NCBI GenBank assembly: GCA_963666515.2 | Contig: OY762897.2 | Span: 256,001-320,000 of the forward strand | DNA: 64,000 nt | From: Candidatus Binatia bacterium | GTDB lineage: Bacteria > Desulfobacterota > Binatia > UBA9968 > JAJDTQ01 | Reading direction: 5' to 3' | Part shown: one piece after another, positions 1 to 10,231 of the stretch | How positions within the stretch are numbered: position 1 is the stretch's first letter | Layout of the letters: each line of letters starts with the position of its first letter | Program-made: the position numbers and the translations under genes | Notes under the pieces: generated by a model | Told to the model about the DNA's origin: nothing | The model's database searches: none | What the model saw: only the letters and a program-made list of their open reading frames with translations

Positions 1-1024
1 AGAAGAAGCCGAGATAGATGGTCCAGAGTTCCTGTGCGTTGGCCGCCACGTACAGGCCGGCGGCCTCCACCAGAAACAGGAACGAGATGATCTTGCGCAC
101 GCTGATGCGCTCGCCGACGAAGCCCCACAGGAGCCCCGAGGCCGTTTGCGTCCCGGCGATGACGGTCATGACGAAAGCGGCCTGGACCAGGGTGAACCCC
201 AGGTCCGACACGTAGGAGACCACGTGAAGGTTGAGGCCGGTGACGCCTATGTCCACCATGCCGAAGACCAGGACGATGAGCCAGAAGGTGGACGTGCGGC
301 GGACCTCCTTTCGGGTCCAGCTAATTTCCGGTTCGGGGGGCTCCGGACTGCTTGCCCCGCGCCCCTGCGCCTCCAGCGGCTCGTCCGCGGCGGCGCCGTC
401 GGGATGAAGCCCCATGTCTTCCGGGCTTCGCCGCATGAAGACGGCCACCGGGATGACCGCGAGCACCACCACCAGCACGCCGAACAGCGTCCAGACCTGG
501 CGCCACCCGATGAACGTCAGCAGCCAAGCCACCACCAGGGAGATGGTTATCTTGGCGATACCGTGCCCCAGGTGGGACAGGGCCATCGCCCGCCCGCGCA
601 TCCGCACGAACCACCGGGCCACGGTGACGTTCACCACGAAGTAGCAGACCAGCGCGTGGCCCACGGCCATGGCGGTGGCGCGCACGGAAGCGAACTGCAC
701 GAAGGACTGCACGTGTCCCAGCAGCAGGAAACCCGCGGCCGATAGGAGGGCGCCGGCGACCATCATGCCGCGCGGGCCGTAACGGTCTAGCAGCGAGCCC
801 ACCCACGGCGCCATGATGGCGTACAGGAGATGCTCGCCCGACCGCAGCAGCGAGAAGATGCCCCTGGACACGCGGAGGTCGGCGGTGATGGGTTTCAGGA
901 GGACGCTGAGCGTGCTGGAAAGGAAGAAGGCGCAGGAGATGTTGGCCAGGAAGGCGGCGCCGACGATGTACCAGCCATAGAAGATCCGCGGCCTGCCGGA
1001 GCGGTGGATGGAATCAGGGGTCAC
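1..1024 (-). CDS. MFS transporter (3' end runs off window)
   Basis: Not in ORF track. Manual translation from GTG at 1024 gives MTPDSIHRSGRPRIFYGWYIVGAAFLANISCAFFLSSTLSVLLKP...GSLLDRYGPR (MFS motif A); clear paralogue of 2388..3755. Confidence 0.85.
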   Translation of the reverse strand, partial: MTPDSIHRSGRPRIFYGWYIVGAAFLANISCAFFLSSTLSVLLKPITADLRVSRGIFSLLRSGEHLLYAIMAPWVGSLLDRYGPRGMMVAGALLSAAGFLLLGHVQSFVQFASVRATAMAVGHALVCYFVVNVTVARWFVRMRGRAMALSHLGHGIAKITISLVVAWLLTFIGWRQVWTLFGVLVVVLAVIPVAVFMRRSPEDMGLHPDGAAADEPLEAQGRGASSPEPPEPEISWTRKEVRRTSTFWLIVLVFGMVDIGVTGLNLHVVSYVSDLGFTLVQAAFVMTVIAGTQTASGLLWGFVGERISVRKIISFLFLVEAAGLYVAANAQELWTIYLGFF

Positions 1025-1143
1025 GGCGGTCCAGGAAGCCGGAGTGGATTTGGCTCATGATCTCTTCTCTGCGAACGGGTGCGGCGAGCGCGGGCTCGGT
1101 TCACTCAGGGAGAACATTAAACTAGGCAATCGCCCCGCCGGAG

Positions 1144-2391
1144 TCAATCTTTGCCGGGATGAGGCCAGAGCCGCCGGTCGAAGCGGCGCATCCAGTCGAT
1201 CCCGGTGAGCCACACCGCCAGCACCGACACCAGCAGCAGCGCATTGGCCACGTTGAACGACACGATGTAGTTGCCGGTGAGGTCGTGCAGCGCTCCGCCC
1301 ATCCAGGCGCCGAGGCCGCCGCCGACGCCCACGCTCATCACCGAGAAACCGAAGATGGTCCCGAAGCCTCTGCCGGCGAAGATGTCCGCGGTAATCGCTG
1401 AGAGGATGACCGCGCGGGAGCCGAAGGCGATGCCGAAGCCGCCGACGTAGACGTAAAGCAGCCAGGGATGCTCGGTGTCCGTGGCCAGGGTGAGGGCCAG
1501 GACGCCGACGGCCGCGCAGGCTATGTTCAGGGTGTAGGCGGCGGTCTTGGTGAGCGCGTCCGCGAGGTAGCCGAAAGCCACCCGTCCGCCGGCGCTGACG
1601 AACGCCATGACGCCGAAGATCCCGGCGGCCCAGATGTGGCTGTAGCCGATGTCCACCACGTGGGCGACCTGATGGGTCACGATCAGCATGGTGCCCACCG
1701 ACCCCAGCATCCGGGAGATGAAGACGCTCCAGAACTGTATGCTTCGCAACGCCAGGGACGCCGACCACTCGCCAGCCCCGGCGCCGCCGCCGGCCCGGGA
1801 CGCGTCTCCCGTGCCTTGCGGGCTGGGCTGGTAGGTGCTCAGCACCAGCGGCATGATGACGATGAGTATCACCGCCGCCAGCACCTGGAACACCCGCGGC
1901 CAGCCCCACAGGGAGATCAGCCACTGGCTGACGGGCGAAAGGATCAGGGTGCCCACGCCCACGGCGCCGTAGACGATGCCCAGGACGAGGCCGCGGCGCG
2001 AAGGGAACCACTCCGACACCACCACCACGTGGGGGATCACGCCGGCGGTGGCGAACCCCAGCGACATCACTACCCCGAAGTAGAGATACAACTCCCAGGC
2101 GGTGCGGACCTGGCTGCACAGCACCAGGCCGGCGGCCAGCACGACGCTACCCGCCACCACCACCCGCCGCGGCCCCAGGCGGTCGGTGAGCCGTCCGATG
2201 AAGGGAGATACGATGGCGTCGGTCACCAGGTTTGCCGTCTGGAGCCCGGCGGTGACCCCCCGGCTCCAGTGGAAGGTGTCCAGGAGCGCCACGAAGAAGA
2301 CGCCGAAGGAGGTGTGGAGGCCGCGGATGAAGCCGAACGTCAGCGAAGCGGCGCCGGCGACGACCCACGGCTGGTTGGTTTGCGGGGTCAT
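1144..2391 (-). CDS. MFS transporter (OFA/MCT-like)
   Basis: 415 aa with many hydrophobic segments; motif A GRLTDRLGPR, WFPSRRG, GGALHDLTGNY. Confidence 0.9.
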   Translation of the reverse strand: MTPQTNQPWVVAGAASLTFGFIRGLHTSFGVFFVALLDTFHWSRGVTAGLQTANLVTDAIVSPFIGRLTDRLGPRRVVVAGSVVLAAGLVLCSQVRTAWELYLYFGVVMSLGFATAGVIPHVVVVSEWFPSRRGLVLGIVYGAVGVGTLILSPVSQWLISLWGWPRVFQVLAAVILIVIMPLVLSTYQPSPQGTGDASRAGGGAGAGEWSASLALRSIQFWSVFISRMLGSVGTMLIVTHQVAHVVDIGYSHIWAAGIFGVMAFVSAGGRVAFGYLADALTKTAAYTLNIACAAVGVLALTLATDTEHPWLLYVYVGGFGIAFGSRAVILSAITADIFAGRGFGTIFGFSVMSVGVGGGLGAWMGGALHDLTGNYIVSFNVANALLLVSVLAVWLTGIDWMRRFDRRLWPHPGKD

Positions 2392-3755
2392 GGCGTCCCC
2401 CGGCTCCGTAGGGGCGACCCGCGGTCGCCCGCGGCCCAGAACGGCTGATTGCCCCGGCGTGTCATGGCCTCATCCGGCTCTGTAGGGGCGACCCGCGGTC
2501 GCCCACGACATGGCGGACGGACCGCCAGGACCAGAAACGCCGACAGCAGCAGCGCCGCGATGAAGACACCGAACGACAGGAGGTAGCTGCCCGTGTAGTC
2601 GTGGAAGAAGCCGAAGAAGGGCGGTCCCACCGTCGTGCCCGTGCGCGTGATCATGATGCCAAGGTTGCGCACCCGGCCCAGGGAGACGCGGCCGAAGTAG
2701 TTGGCCCATAGCAGCTCGCGGATCACCAGGATTCCGCCCAGGCCGAATCCGTAGATGACGAACCCCAGCGAGACCGGGACGAGCCCGGTGTACGCCAGGG
2801 CCAGCGCCAGGCCGCACGCCTGGAGGAGGAACTGGGCGGCGGCCGCCTTGCGCACGTCGATGCGCTCGCCCACCACGCCCCAGGCAAGGTTCCCCACCGT
2901 CTGCGTCAGCGCCATCATTCCCATGACCGTGGAGGCGATCTCGGGCGAGTATCCGATGTCCGTGATGTAGGGATGGATGTGCAGGTTCAACCCGATGATC
3001 CCGAACGTGACGGTGCCGTAGGTGACCACCAGCAGCCAGAACGTGCCGGTCCGGACCGCCTCCGCCCGCGTCCATGGGACATCCGCGGCGTGCGCCCGCG
3101 GGGCTTCCGGTCCCGGACTTTCGCCGGGAGAGGGCTGAGGGGGCGCCAGCGCGCCGTCCGGCTGAAGCCCTGTGTCTTCCGGGCTGCGCCGCACCAGCAG
3201 GAAGGCCGGCAGCACCACCATGGCCAGGGTCACCAAGCCGAACACCAACCAAGTGTTGCGCCATCCCACCAGCGCGAAGAGCCACACGGCCACCAGCGGG
3301 ATGCCGGCCTTGGCGATGCCGTTGCCCATGTTGGCGATGGAGATGGCGCGGCCCCGCTTGTGGATGAACCAGCGTGAGATCATCACGTTGATCACCATGT
3401 AGCCCATCAGGGTGTCGCCCACGGTGACAGGCAGCCAGCGGACGACCATGAATTGCCAGAACTCGTGCGCCTGACTCAGCAGGATGTATCCAGCCCCCGC
3501 CACCACGGCGCCGGTCACGATCAGCCAGCGGGCGCCGTAGCGGTCGATGAGGGGACCCACCAGGAACGCGATCACCGAGGAAAACATGACCTCGCCGCTG
3601 CGGATGAACGAGAAGACGCCGCGGGAGACCCCGAACTCCGCGGTAAGGGGTTTCATGAACACGCTGAGGGTGCTGGACAGTGCGAAGGACGAGGTCAGGT
3701 AGCAGATGAAGGCAACGCCGACGATGTACCAGCCGTAGAAGAACTTTCGGGTCAC
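2388..3755 (-). CDS. MFS transporter; C-terminus read through a REP-containing duplication
   Basis: FFYGWYIV start, GPLIDRYGAR motif A, HDYTGSY. The last ~45 aa are hydrophilic and derive from repeats at 2387-2510. Confidence 0.88.
   Translation of the reverse strand: MTRKFFYGWYIVGVAFICYLTSSFALSSTLSVFMKPLTAEFGVSRGVFSFIRSGEVMFSSVIAFLVGPLIDRYGARWLIVTGAVVAGAGYILLSQAHEFWQFMVVRWLPVTVGDTLMGYMVINVMISRWFIHKRGRAISIANMGNGIAKAGIPLVAVWLFALVGWRNTWLVFGLVTLAMVVLPAFLLVRRSPEDTGLQPDGALAPPQPSPGESPGPEAPRAHAADVPWTRAEAVRTGTFWLLVVTYGTVTFGIIGLNLHIHPYITDIGYSPEIASTVMGMMALTQTVGNLAWGVVGERIDVRKAAAAQFLLQACGLALALAYTGLVPVSLGFVIYGFGLGGILVIRELLWANYFGRVSLGRVRNLGIMITRTGTTVGPPFFGFFHDYTGSYLLSFGVFIAALLLSAFLVLAVRPPCRGRPRVAPTEPDEAMTRRGNQPFWAAGDRGSPLRSRGTP
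2408..2430. repeat. GTAG-type REP-like palindrome, copy 1
   Basis: GTAGGGGCGACCCGCGGTCGCCC: GTAG tag plus hairpin GGGCGACC-CGC-GGTCGCCC; identical copies at 2482 and 10199. Confidence 0.8.
2482..2504. repeat. GTAG-type REP-like palindrome, copy 2
   Basis: Identical 23-mer 74 nt after copy 1. Confidence 0.8.
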
Positions 3756-3892
3756 GATATCGAGTTGGTTTACTGGTGTGTCGCAGGAATGGCAACCGGT
3801 CGGACGCCACCTTGGGAAGCGAAAAACGTATCACAAAAGAGAATAACAGTTCGATTTTTGCGAATAATGAACCAATTATCCGTCAGAATTGC

Positions 3893-3921
3893 TTGACAGG
3901 GTAGCCCCGGACGCTTAAATT
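3893..3921 (+). promoter_or_regulatory. sigma70-like promoter
   Basis: TTGACA-N17-TAAATT in an AT-rich divergent intergenic region. Confidence 0.55.
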
Positions 3922-3995
3922 GCATCAGGAACAAAGGGAAAAGAAAAGGTGGCAAGGGAACCGGTTTCAGTCTAATGGAACGGACGGTACCAGCA

Positions 3996-4436
3996 ATGAG
4001 CGAAGAAACGAAAGCCACAGTCCTTGTGTCTCAGGCCGGCGGGTCCGGCGGCGACGGCCCGGCTCGGCAGCGCGCGATGGCCGACGCCTTCGATGCGGTG
4101 ACGTTGTTCGACGCCGACGGCGTGGACGCCGCCCAGTACACGGACACGATCCAGCGGAAGACGCCGCTCGAGCCCGAGAAGCACCTGCTCCTCGCCGTCC
4201 TCGAGGACGCTCTCGCCTGTTACCGAAAGAACGTCTTTGCCCGGACCGCCAAGAAGCAGGCAGCCTATCGGGACGCGGAGGAATGGATCTTCGCCACGGA
4301 CGACGAACGCTTTCTCGGCTTCGAGTCCGTTTGCGGGGTGCTGGGAATCGAGCCCAGCTACCTGCGCCGGGGCCTCGTGGAGTGGAAGAGGCGGAAGGTC
4401 AAGGCCCGCGCCAACGCTCCGGCCGAAGCGGCCTGA
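3996..4436 (+). CDS. hypothetical protein
   Basis: Clean ORF with GC-rich codon usage (PEKHLLLAVLEDA...AEEWIF...FESVCGVLGIEPSYLRRGL); start 3996 or 3975. Confidence 0.7.
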   Translation: MSEETKATVLVSQAGGSGGDGPARQRAMADAFDAVTLFDADGVDAAQYTDTIQRKTPLEPEKHLLLAVLEDALACYRKNVFARTAKKQAAYRDAEEWIFATDDERFLGFESVCGVLGIEPSYLRRGLVEWKRRKVKARANAPAEAA

Positions 4437-4445
4437 GACAGGACA

Positions 4446-6092
4446 CTATCCTTCGTCTTTCTTGAACTCGGTGCGCAGCTCGGACGCGAGCCGCCCCAGC
4501 CGGTACGTCTTCCAGTCGATGAACCTGGCGTAACCCGCCAGCCTCGGGTGCGCCGCGCTGATCTGACGCCACATGTCCTGGGTGATCAGGCGGTAGTCGG
4601 GATGTCCTTGCGGCATGGTCCGCAGCTCGCCGACGTGCACCGCCTCCCGCAGGTTCATCTTCATGTACCACCGCGTGCGATAAGCGAACGGCACCACGTA
4701 TTGCGCCTCCCTGGGATGGTCCGCGCGGAGCCGTTCGTGGACCTCGGCCGCCCGCTCCATGCAGCGGCGGTAGTCGCCGTCGAATCCCGCCTCGGCGATC
4801 TCCGGCGGCGTGTCGTAGCCGTGCACGGTGGTGAAGTCCTGGCGTTCCTGGGTGAGCAGGCGGTGCCGCTGCAGGTCGCGGTAGGCGCCGAGGTTGCCTG
4901 TGATGTCGAAGGTGTAATAGACCTGCTCCAGCGCGCGGCCGGGTTTCTCGCGCCGGTGCCGCCGGCCCTTCATGTAGGCGTCGAGCACGGCCTGCCTGCG
5001 TTCGTCCGGCAGGCGCGCCGCCAGCTCCCGCAACTGCGGCAGCGGATGCGTCGCATGGGGGTAGAGGATGGCGGCGATGATCCTCTCTTCCGCCCGCTCG
5101 TCGTAGTCCACCAGCGTCACCGACGGTCCCTCGCGCACCGGTTCCGTCACCAGCTCCCGCGCCAGCGCGCGCACGTCGCCGAAGGTCTCCGACAGGTAGG
5201 GGCTGGGCCGGGCTCGTTTCACGAAGGACGGGATCAGCATGTCCAGCTCCCGGCGCATGGCGGCGCCGAGGTCGCGCAACTCCGCGAGATCGCTGGAGTA
5301 GCATTTCGACAGCAGGTACTCGAAAGCCTGCCCGACCCCGAAAAGCCCCACGTTGGTGCGGGTCGCCGCCGGCAGGTAGCCCCGCAGGATGTCGCAGGCG
5401 TGGGCGCGCACGGTGGAGCGGTAGGCGGTCTCGGCCCAGCGGGCCAGCTTCTCGTCCTTGCGCGCCTCCGCGTAGGTGACGGTGTCGCCGGTGCCGGGGT
5501 GCCGCAGTTCCGTTTCCTCCAGCGGGACGGACTTCCGCACGTGCGCGATCATGGGCTCCATCTGCCGCGAGTAGGTCTCGAACAGGAGCTCCATCAGCTC
5601 CAGGTAGTCCCGCCCGTGCCTCGATTCGGCCAGCGCCGGCTCGACGAAGAACAGGTGCCGGCCGGAGGAGTCCTTGCGGTCGAAACGCACGTAGCGGGTG
5701 GACTTCTCCAGCGGCGCCATGCCGATCCGTGCGTCCTCCAGGACCTTGGCGGCGACGTTGGAGATTCCTTCGCAGGCGATATGGGCGCCTCCGAGTTGGG
5801 CCACCGAGTCGTCGCCGTACCCCACCAGCACGCGGTCGTAGAAGGCGCGCGCACGGCGCACCGCCGGGTCGTCGCCCGCGGCCGATCCCGGCGCGTCCAG
5901 GACCGCGGAGAGATCGGCGTCGCCGAGAAATTCGTCGAGGAACGTGCTCCGGAGGTCCCTGGCCGAGCGGCTGTAGCGGGAAAAGAGCGCCCCGGCCACC
6001 TCCTGCGGCAGCCTCAGGCCGAAGACCGGCCGGTCCGCATTGGTGAAGAAGGGGGCGAGTCGCTCGCGCTCGGCCGGAGTGAAGTTTTCCAT
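4446..6092 (-). CDS. thyX: FAD-dependent thymidylate synthase, tandem two-domain form
   Basis: 548 aa, about twice a ThyX domain; GALFSRYSRS, YGDDSVAQLGG, EKSTRY, YRDLQRHR, ELRTMPQGHPDYR. Confidence 0.85.
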   Translation of the reverse strand: MENFTPAERERLAPFFTNADRPVFGLRLPQEVAGALFSRYSRSARDLRSTFLDEFLGDADLSAVLDAPGSAAGDDPAVRRARAFYDRVLVGYGDDSVAQLGGAHIACEGISNVAAKVLEDARIGMAPLEKSTRYVRFDRKDSSGRHLFFVEPALAESRHGRDYLELMELLFETYSRQMEPMIAHVRKSVPLEETELRHPGTGDTVTYAEARKDEKLARWAETAYRSTVRAHACDILRGYLPAATRTNVGLFGVGQAFEYLLSKCYSSDLAELRDLGAAMRRELDMLIPSFVKRARPSPYLSETFGDVRALARELVTEPVREGPSVTLVDYDERAEERIIAAILYPHATHPLPQLRELAARLPDERRQAVLDAYMKGRRHRREKPGRALEQVYYTFDITGNLGAYRDLQRHRLLTQERQDFTTVHGYDTPPEIAEAGFDGDYRRCMERAAEVHERLRADHPREAQYVVPFAYRTRWYMKMNLREAVHVGELRTMPQGHPDYRLITQDMWRQISAAHPRLAGYARFIDWKTYRLGRLASELRTEFKKDEG

Positions 6093-6269
6093 GGAGATTG
6101 GGGGAGAATATCGGTTGTCAGGTCAAAATCCAAACAATGAATATCCAAACAATGCGGCGAAAACCGGCCAAATCACGCGGCGCGCGTTGTGTGCAGACCG
6201 GATCATCTGGCAAACTTGGACCGTGAGACTGCGGGAGAGAAGGTCACGAATCCACGGAGCTTACCGTCC

Positions 6270-8333
6270 ATGAACGACGCCGGCCTCGACGAGCTTTGCA
6301 TCAACACCATCCGCACCCTTTCCATCGACGGGGTGCAGCAGGCCAACTCCGGCCACCCGGGCACGCCCATGGCCATGGCCCCGGTGGCGTACTGCCTGTG
6401 GCAGCGTTTCCTGCGGTTCGATCCCGACGACCCCATCTGGCCCAACCGGGACCGCTTCGTGCTGTCCGCGGGCCACGCGTCCATGCTGCTGTACTCGATG
6501 CTCCACCTGACCGGGGTCAAGGCGGTCAGCAAGGACTACGAGACCCTGGGCGACCTGTCGGTTCCGCTGGAGGCCCTCAAGCAGTTCCGGCAACTGGACA
6601 GCCGCTGTCCCGGGCACCCGGAGTACCGCTGGACCTCGGGTGTGGAGACCACCACCGGGCCCCTCGGCCAGGGCGTGGCCACCAGCGTGGGCATGGCCAT
6701 CGCCGGGCGCTGGATGGCCGCCCGCTACAACCGTCCCGGCTTCGAGGACCTCGTCGACTTCGACGTCTACGCCCTGTGCGGCGACGGCTGCATGATGGAG
6801 GGGGTGTGCAACGAGGCCGCCTCGCTGGCCGGACACCTGAAGCTGTCCAGGCTGTGCTGGATCTACGACAACAACCGCATCACCATCGAGGGCCACACCG
6901 CGCTGGCGTTCTCCGACGACGTCGCCACCCGTTTCCTGGGCCACGGATGGAACGTGGTCCGGGTGGGCGACGCCAACGACCTGGAGATGCTGGAGCGGGC
7001 GTTCCGCACGTTTCGCGACACCACGGACCGCCCGACCCTCCTGATCGTGGACAGCCACATCGGCTACGGCTCCCCCAACAAGCAGGACACCAGCGGCGCC
7101 CACGGCGAGCCTCTGGGCGTGGAGGAGGTCCGGCTCACCAAGAAGCGCTACGGCTGGCCGGAGGACGCGCAGTTCCACGTCCCTGACGGCGTCCGGGAGC
7201 ACTTCCGGGAGGGCACGGGAGACCGCGGCAAGTCCCTGCGCAACGCCTGGTTCGCCCGCCTCGACGGCTATCGCGCCCGCTATCCCGAGCTGGCGGACGA
7301 GCTTTACCGGATGCAGCACCGCCAGCTCCCCGAGGGGTGGGACAGGGACCTGCCGGAGTTTCCCGCGGACGCCAAGGGGCTCGCGGGCCGCGACGCCTCG
7401 GGCAAGGTGCTCAACGCGCTGGCGCAGAACGTCCCGTGGCTCATGGGCGGAGCGGCCGATCTGGCGCCGTCCACCAAGACCCGGCTGACCTTCGAGGGCG
7501 CCGGAGACTTCTCGGCCGAGGACCCCGCCGGGCGCAACCTCCATTTCGGCGTCCGGGAGCACGCCATGGCGTCGGTCATGAACGGCATGGCGCTGGTGAA
7601 GGTGCGCGCCTACGGGTCGGGCTTCCTGATCTTCAGCGACTACGCCCGGGGCGCCATCCGCCTGAGCGCGCTCATGGAGCTGCCGGTGATCCACGTCTTC
7701 ACCCACGACTCCATCGGCGTTGGGGAGGACGGGCCCACACACCAGCCGGTGGAGCACTTGGCCTCGCTCCGCGCGGTGCCGGGGCTGATGGTGATGCGGC
7801 CGGCGGACGCCAACGAGGTGCGGGCCGCCTGGAAGGTCATCATGGAGCTGCACCACGAGCCCGCGGCGCTGGTGGTGACGCGGCAGGCGCTGCCGACCCT
7901 GGACCGGAGCCGGTACGCTTCCGCGGACGGCGTCGCCCGGGGCGCCTACGTGCTGGCCGACGCTCCCGACGGCAAGCCCGACGTCCTGCTCCTCGCCACC
8001 GGCAGCGAGGTCTCGCTGTGCGTGGAGGCCCACGAGGCGCTGGCCGCGCAGGGAGTCAAGTCCCGGGTGGTGAGCATGCCCTGCTGGGAGCTGTTCGACG
8101 ACCAGGACGAAGAGTACCGGAACGGCGTGATCCCGCCGGAGGTGGCGGCCCGGGTGTCGGTGGAGCAGGCATCGGTGTTCGGCTGGACCAAGTACACCGG
8201 CATCGGCGGACACCAGATCGGCATGCGGTCCTTCGGAGCTTCGGCGCCGCTCAAGGACCTGCAGAAGAAGTTCGGCTTTACTGCGGACGACGTGGTGGCC
8301 GCTGCCAGGGAGCAGATCGCGCGTACGCGGTAG
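6270..8333 (+). CDS. tkt: transketolase
   Basis: ANSGHPGTPM, NRDRFVLSAGH, GDGCMMEG TPP motif, THDSIGVGEDGPTHQP. Confidence 0.97.
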   Translation: MNDAGLDELCINTIRTLSIDGVQQANSGHPGTPMAMAPVAYCLWQRFLRFDPDDPIWPNRDRFVLSAGHASMLLYSMLHLTGVKAVSKDYETLGDLSVPLEALKQFRQLDSRCPGHPEYRWTSGVETTTGPLGQGVATSVGMAIAGRWMAARYNRPGFEDLVDFDVYALCGDGCMMEGVCNEAASLAGHLKLSRLCWIYDNNRITIEGHTALAFSDDVATRFLGHGWNVVRVGDANDLEMLERAFRTFRDTTDRPTLLIVDSHIGYGSPNKQDTSGAHGEPLGVEEVRLTKKRYGWPEDAQFHVPDGVREHFREGTGDRGKSLRNAWFARLDGYRARYPELADELYRMQHRQLPEGWDRDLPEFPADAKGLAGRDASGKVLNALAQNVPWLMGGAADLAPSTKTRLTFEGAGDFSAEDPAGRNLHFGVREHAMASVMNGMALVKVRAYGSGFLIFSDYARGAIRLSALMELPVIHVFTHDSIGVGEDGPTHQPVEHLASLRAVPGLMVMRPADANEVRAAWKVIMELHHEPAALVVTRQALPTLDRSRYASADGVARGAYVLADAPDGKPDVLLLATGSEVSLCVEAHEALAAQGVKSRVVSMPCWELFDDQDEEYRNGVIPPEVAARVSVEQASVFGWTKYTGIGGHQIGMRSFGASAPLKDLQKKFGFTADDVVAAAREQIARTR

Positions 8334-8369
8334 CAGCGGGTCCCAAACCGCCCGCGGCCTGGAGGAAAC

Positions 8370-9506
8370 ATGAACCCGTTGAGAGAGTTGAACGAGCAGG
8401 GGCAGTCGGTGTGGCTGGACTTCATCCAGCGGAAGCTCCTCACCGGCGGCGAGTTGAAGCGGCTGGTGGAGGAGGACGGGCTCAAGGGCGTCACGTCCAA
8501 TCCGGCCATCTTCGAGAAGGCCATCGCGGACAGCGACGACTACGACGACGTGATCGCGCGCATGGCGGGCGACGGCGCGGCGGAACCCAAAGCGGTCTAC
8601 GAGGCCATCGCCACCCGTGACATCCAGGAGGCGGCGGACGTGTTGCGGCCGGTGTACGACGAGACCGGGCGGCGCGACGGCTACGTCAGCCTGGAGGTGT
8701 CGCCGTACTTGGCCCATGACACCGAGGGGACGGTGGCGGAGGCGCGGCGGCTGTGGAACGCGGTGTCGCGGGACAACCTGCTGATCAAGGTGCCGGGCAC
8801 GCCCGAGGGGGTGCCGGCCATCGAGCGGTTGATCGGCGAGGGCATCAGCGTCAACGTGACGCTGCTGTTTGCAAGGGAAGCCTACGAGCAGGTGGCCCAG
8901 GCCTACATCCGGGGTCTTGCCAGGGCCGCGGCCGACGGCCTGGACGTGGGCCGCATCGCCAGCGTGGCGAGCTTCTTCATCTCGCGCATCGACACGCTGG
9001 TGGACGACACCATCGAGAAGAAGCTCGAAAACGTTGACGACGACGCCGGAAAGGAGCGCCTCCGGGCGCTCAAGGGCAAGGTCGCTGTCGCCAACGCCAA
9101 GCTCACCTACAAGCGCTACAAGGAGATCATGCAGGGCGAGGGCTGGCAGGCCCTGTCCGGCAGGGGGGCACGGCCCCAGCGGCTCCTGTGGGCCAGCACC
9201 AGCACCAAGAACCCCGACTACCCGGACGTGCTGTACGTCGACGAGCTGGTCGGCCAGGACACGGTGAACACCATCCCGCCCGCGACCCTGGACGCGTTCC
9301 GCGACCACGGCCGGGTCCGCAACAGCCTGGAGGAGGACGTCGAAGGCGCTGCCGGGACCATGGAGGCGCTGGAGCGGGCGGGCGTGTCCATGAAGGAAGT
9401 CACGGACAAGCTGCTGGAGGAGGGGGTGCGGCTCTTCTCGGAGGCCTTCGACAAGCTGTTGGAGGCGGTCGAGGAGGAGTGCCGGAAGGCGGCGGACCGT
9501 GGGTGA
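8370..9506 (+). CDS. tal: transaldolase
   Basis: [22 protein letters not shown] (Schiff-base Lys), [17 protein letters not shown]. Confidence 0.96.
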   Translation: MNPLRELNEQGQSVWLDFIQRKLLTGGELKRLVEEDGLKGVTSNPAIFEKAIADSDDYDDVIARMAGDGAAEPKAVYEAIATRDIQEAADVLRPVYDETGRRDGYVSLEVSPYLAHDTEGTVAEARRLWNAVSRDNLLIKVPGTPEGVPAIERLIGEGISVNVTLLFAREAYEQVAQAYIRGLARAAADGLDVGRIASVASFFISRIDTLVDDTIEKKLENVDDDAGKERLRALKGKVAVANAKLTYKRYKEIMQGEGWQALSGRGARPQRLLWASTSTKNPDYPDVLYVDELVGQDTVNTIPPATLDAFRDHGRVRNSLEEDVEGAAGTMEALERAGVSMKEVTDKLLEEGVRLFSEAFDKLLEAVEEECRKAADRG

Positions 9507-10173
9507 GAGCGTCAAGATCCTTCCGTCGATCCTCTCGGCGGATTTCTGCAATCTCGGACGGCAGATCGCGGAGGTGGACGAGGCCGGGGCGGACGCCATC
9601 CACGTGGACGTGATGGACGGCCGCTTCGTGCCCAACATCACCATCGGCCCGCTGCTGGTGGAGGCGGCCCGGCGCAGCACCGCGCTGCCGCTGGACGTGC
9701 ACCTGATGATCGTGGAGCCGGAGCGCTACCTGGAGGATTTCGCCAAGGCCGGCGCCGATACCCTCCTCGTGCACCAGGAAGCGTGCCCGCACCTCCACCG
9801 CACGGTGCAGCAGATCAAGTCGCTGGGCAGCAAGGCCGGGGTGGTGCTCAACCCCGCCACGCCGCTGGCGACGCTGGATGAGGTCCTGCCGGAACTGGAC
9901 CAGATCCTCATCATGAGCGTGAACCCCGGGTTCGGCGGCCAGAGCTTCATCGAGAGCAGCGTGGACAAGCTGCGCCGCCTCAAACGCATGCTCGACGAGC
10001 GCGGCCTGGAGACGCCCATCGAGATCGACGGCGGCGTGGGTCCCGACAACGCCGCCCGGGTGGTGGCCGCGGGCGCCACGCTGCTGGTGGCCGGCTCCTC
10101 GGTCTACAAGGCTCCGGGCGGCGCCGCGGAAGGCGTCCGCCGGCTGCGCTCCAGCATCCCATCCGGCCTGTAG
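9499..10173 (+). CDS. rpe: ribulose-phosphate 3-epimerase
   Basis: [36 protein letters not shown]. Confidence 0.97.
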   Translation: MGESVKILPSILSADFCNLGRQIAEVDEAGADAIHVDVMDGRFVPNITIGPLLVEAARRSTALPLDVHLMIVEPERYLEDFAKAGADTLLVHQEACPHLHRTVQQIKSLGSKAGVVLNPATPLATLDEVLPELDQILIMSVNPGFGGQSFIESSVDKLRRLKRMLDERGLETPIEIDGGVGPDNAARVVAAGATLLVAGSSVYKAPGGAAEGVRRLRSSIPSGL

Positions 10174-10198
10174 CCGGCAGGGAGGCAACCTGTTCGGG

Positions 10199-10221
10199 GT
10201 AGGGGCGACCCGCGGTCGCCC
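10199..10221. repeat. GTAG-type REP-like palindrome, copy 3
   Basis: Identical 23-mer between convergent rpe and 10232..11041. Confidence 0.8.
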
Positions 10222-10231
10222 CTGAGGGGGG

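Noticed and set aside
6261-9680. 1139-aa antisense ORF (likewise 19796..22480, 29419..31827 and others)
   Set aside because: Shadow ORFs opposite well-supported genes, expected in high-GC DNA; no motifs.
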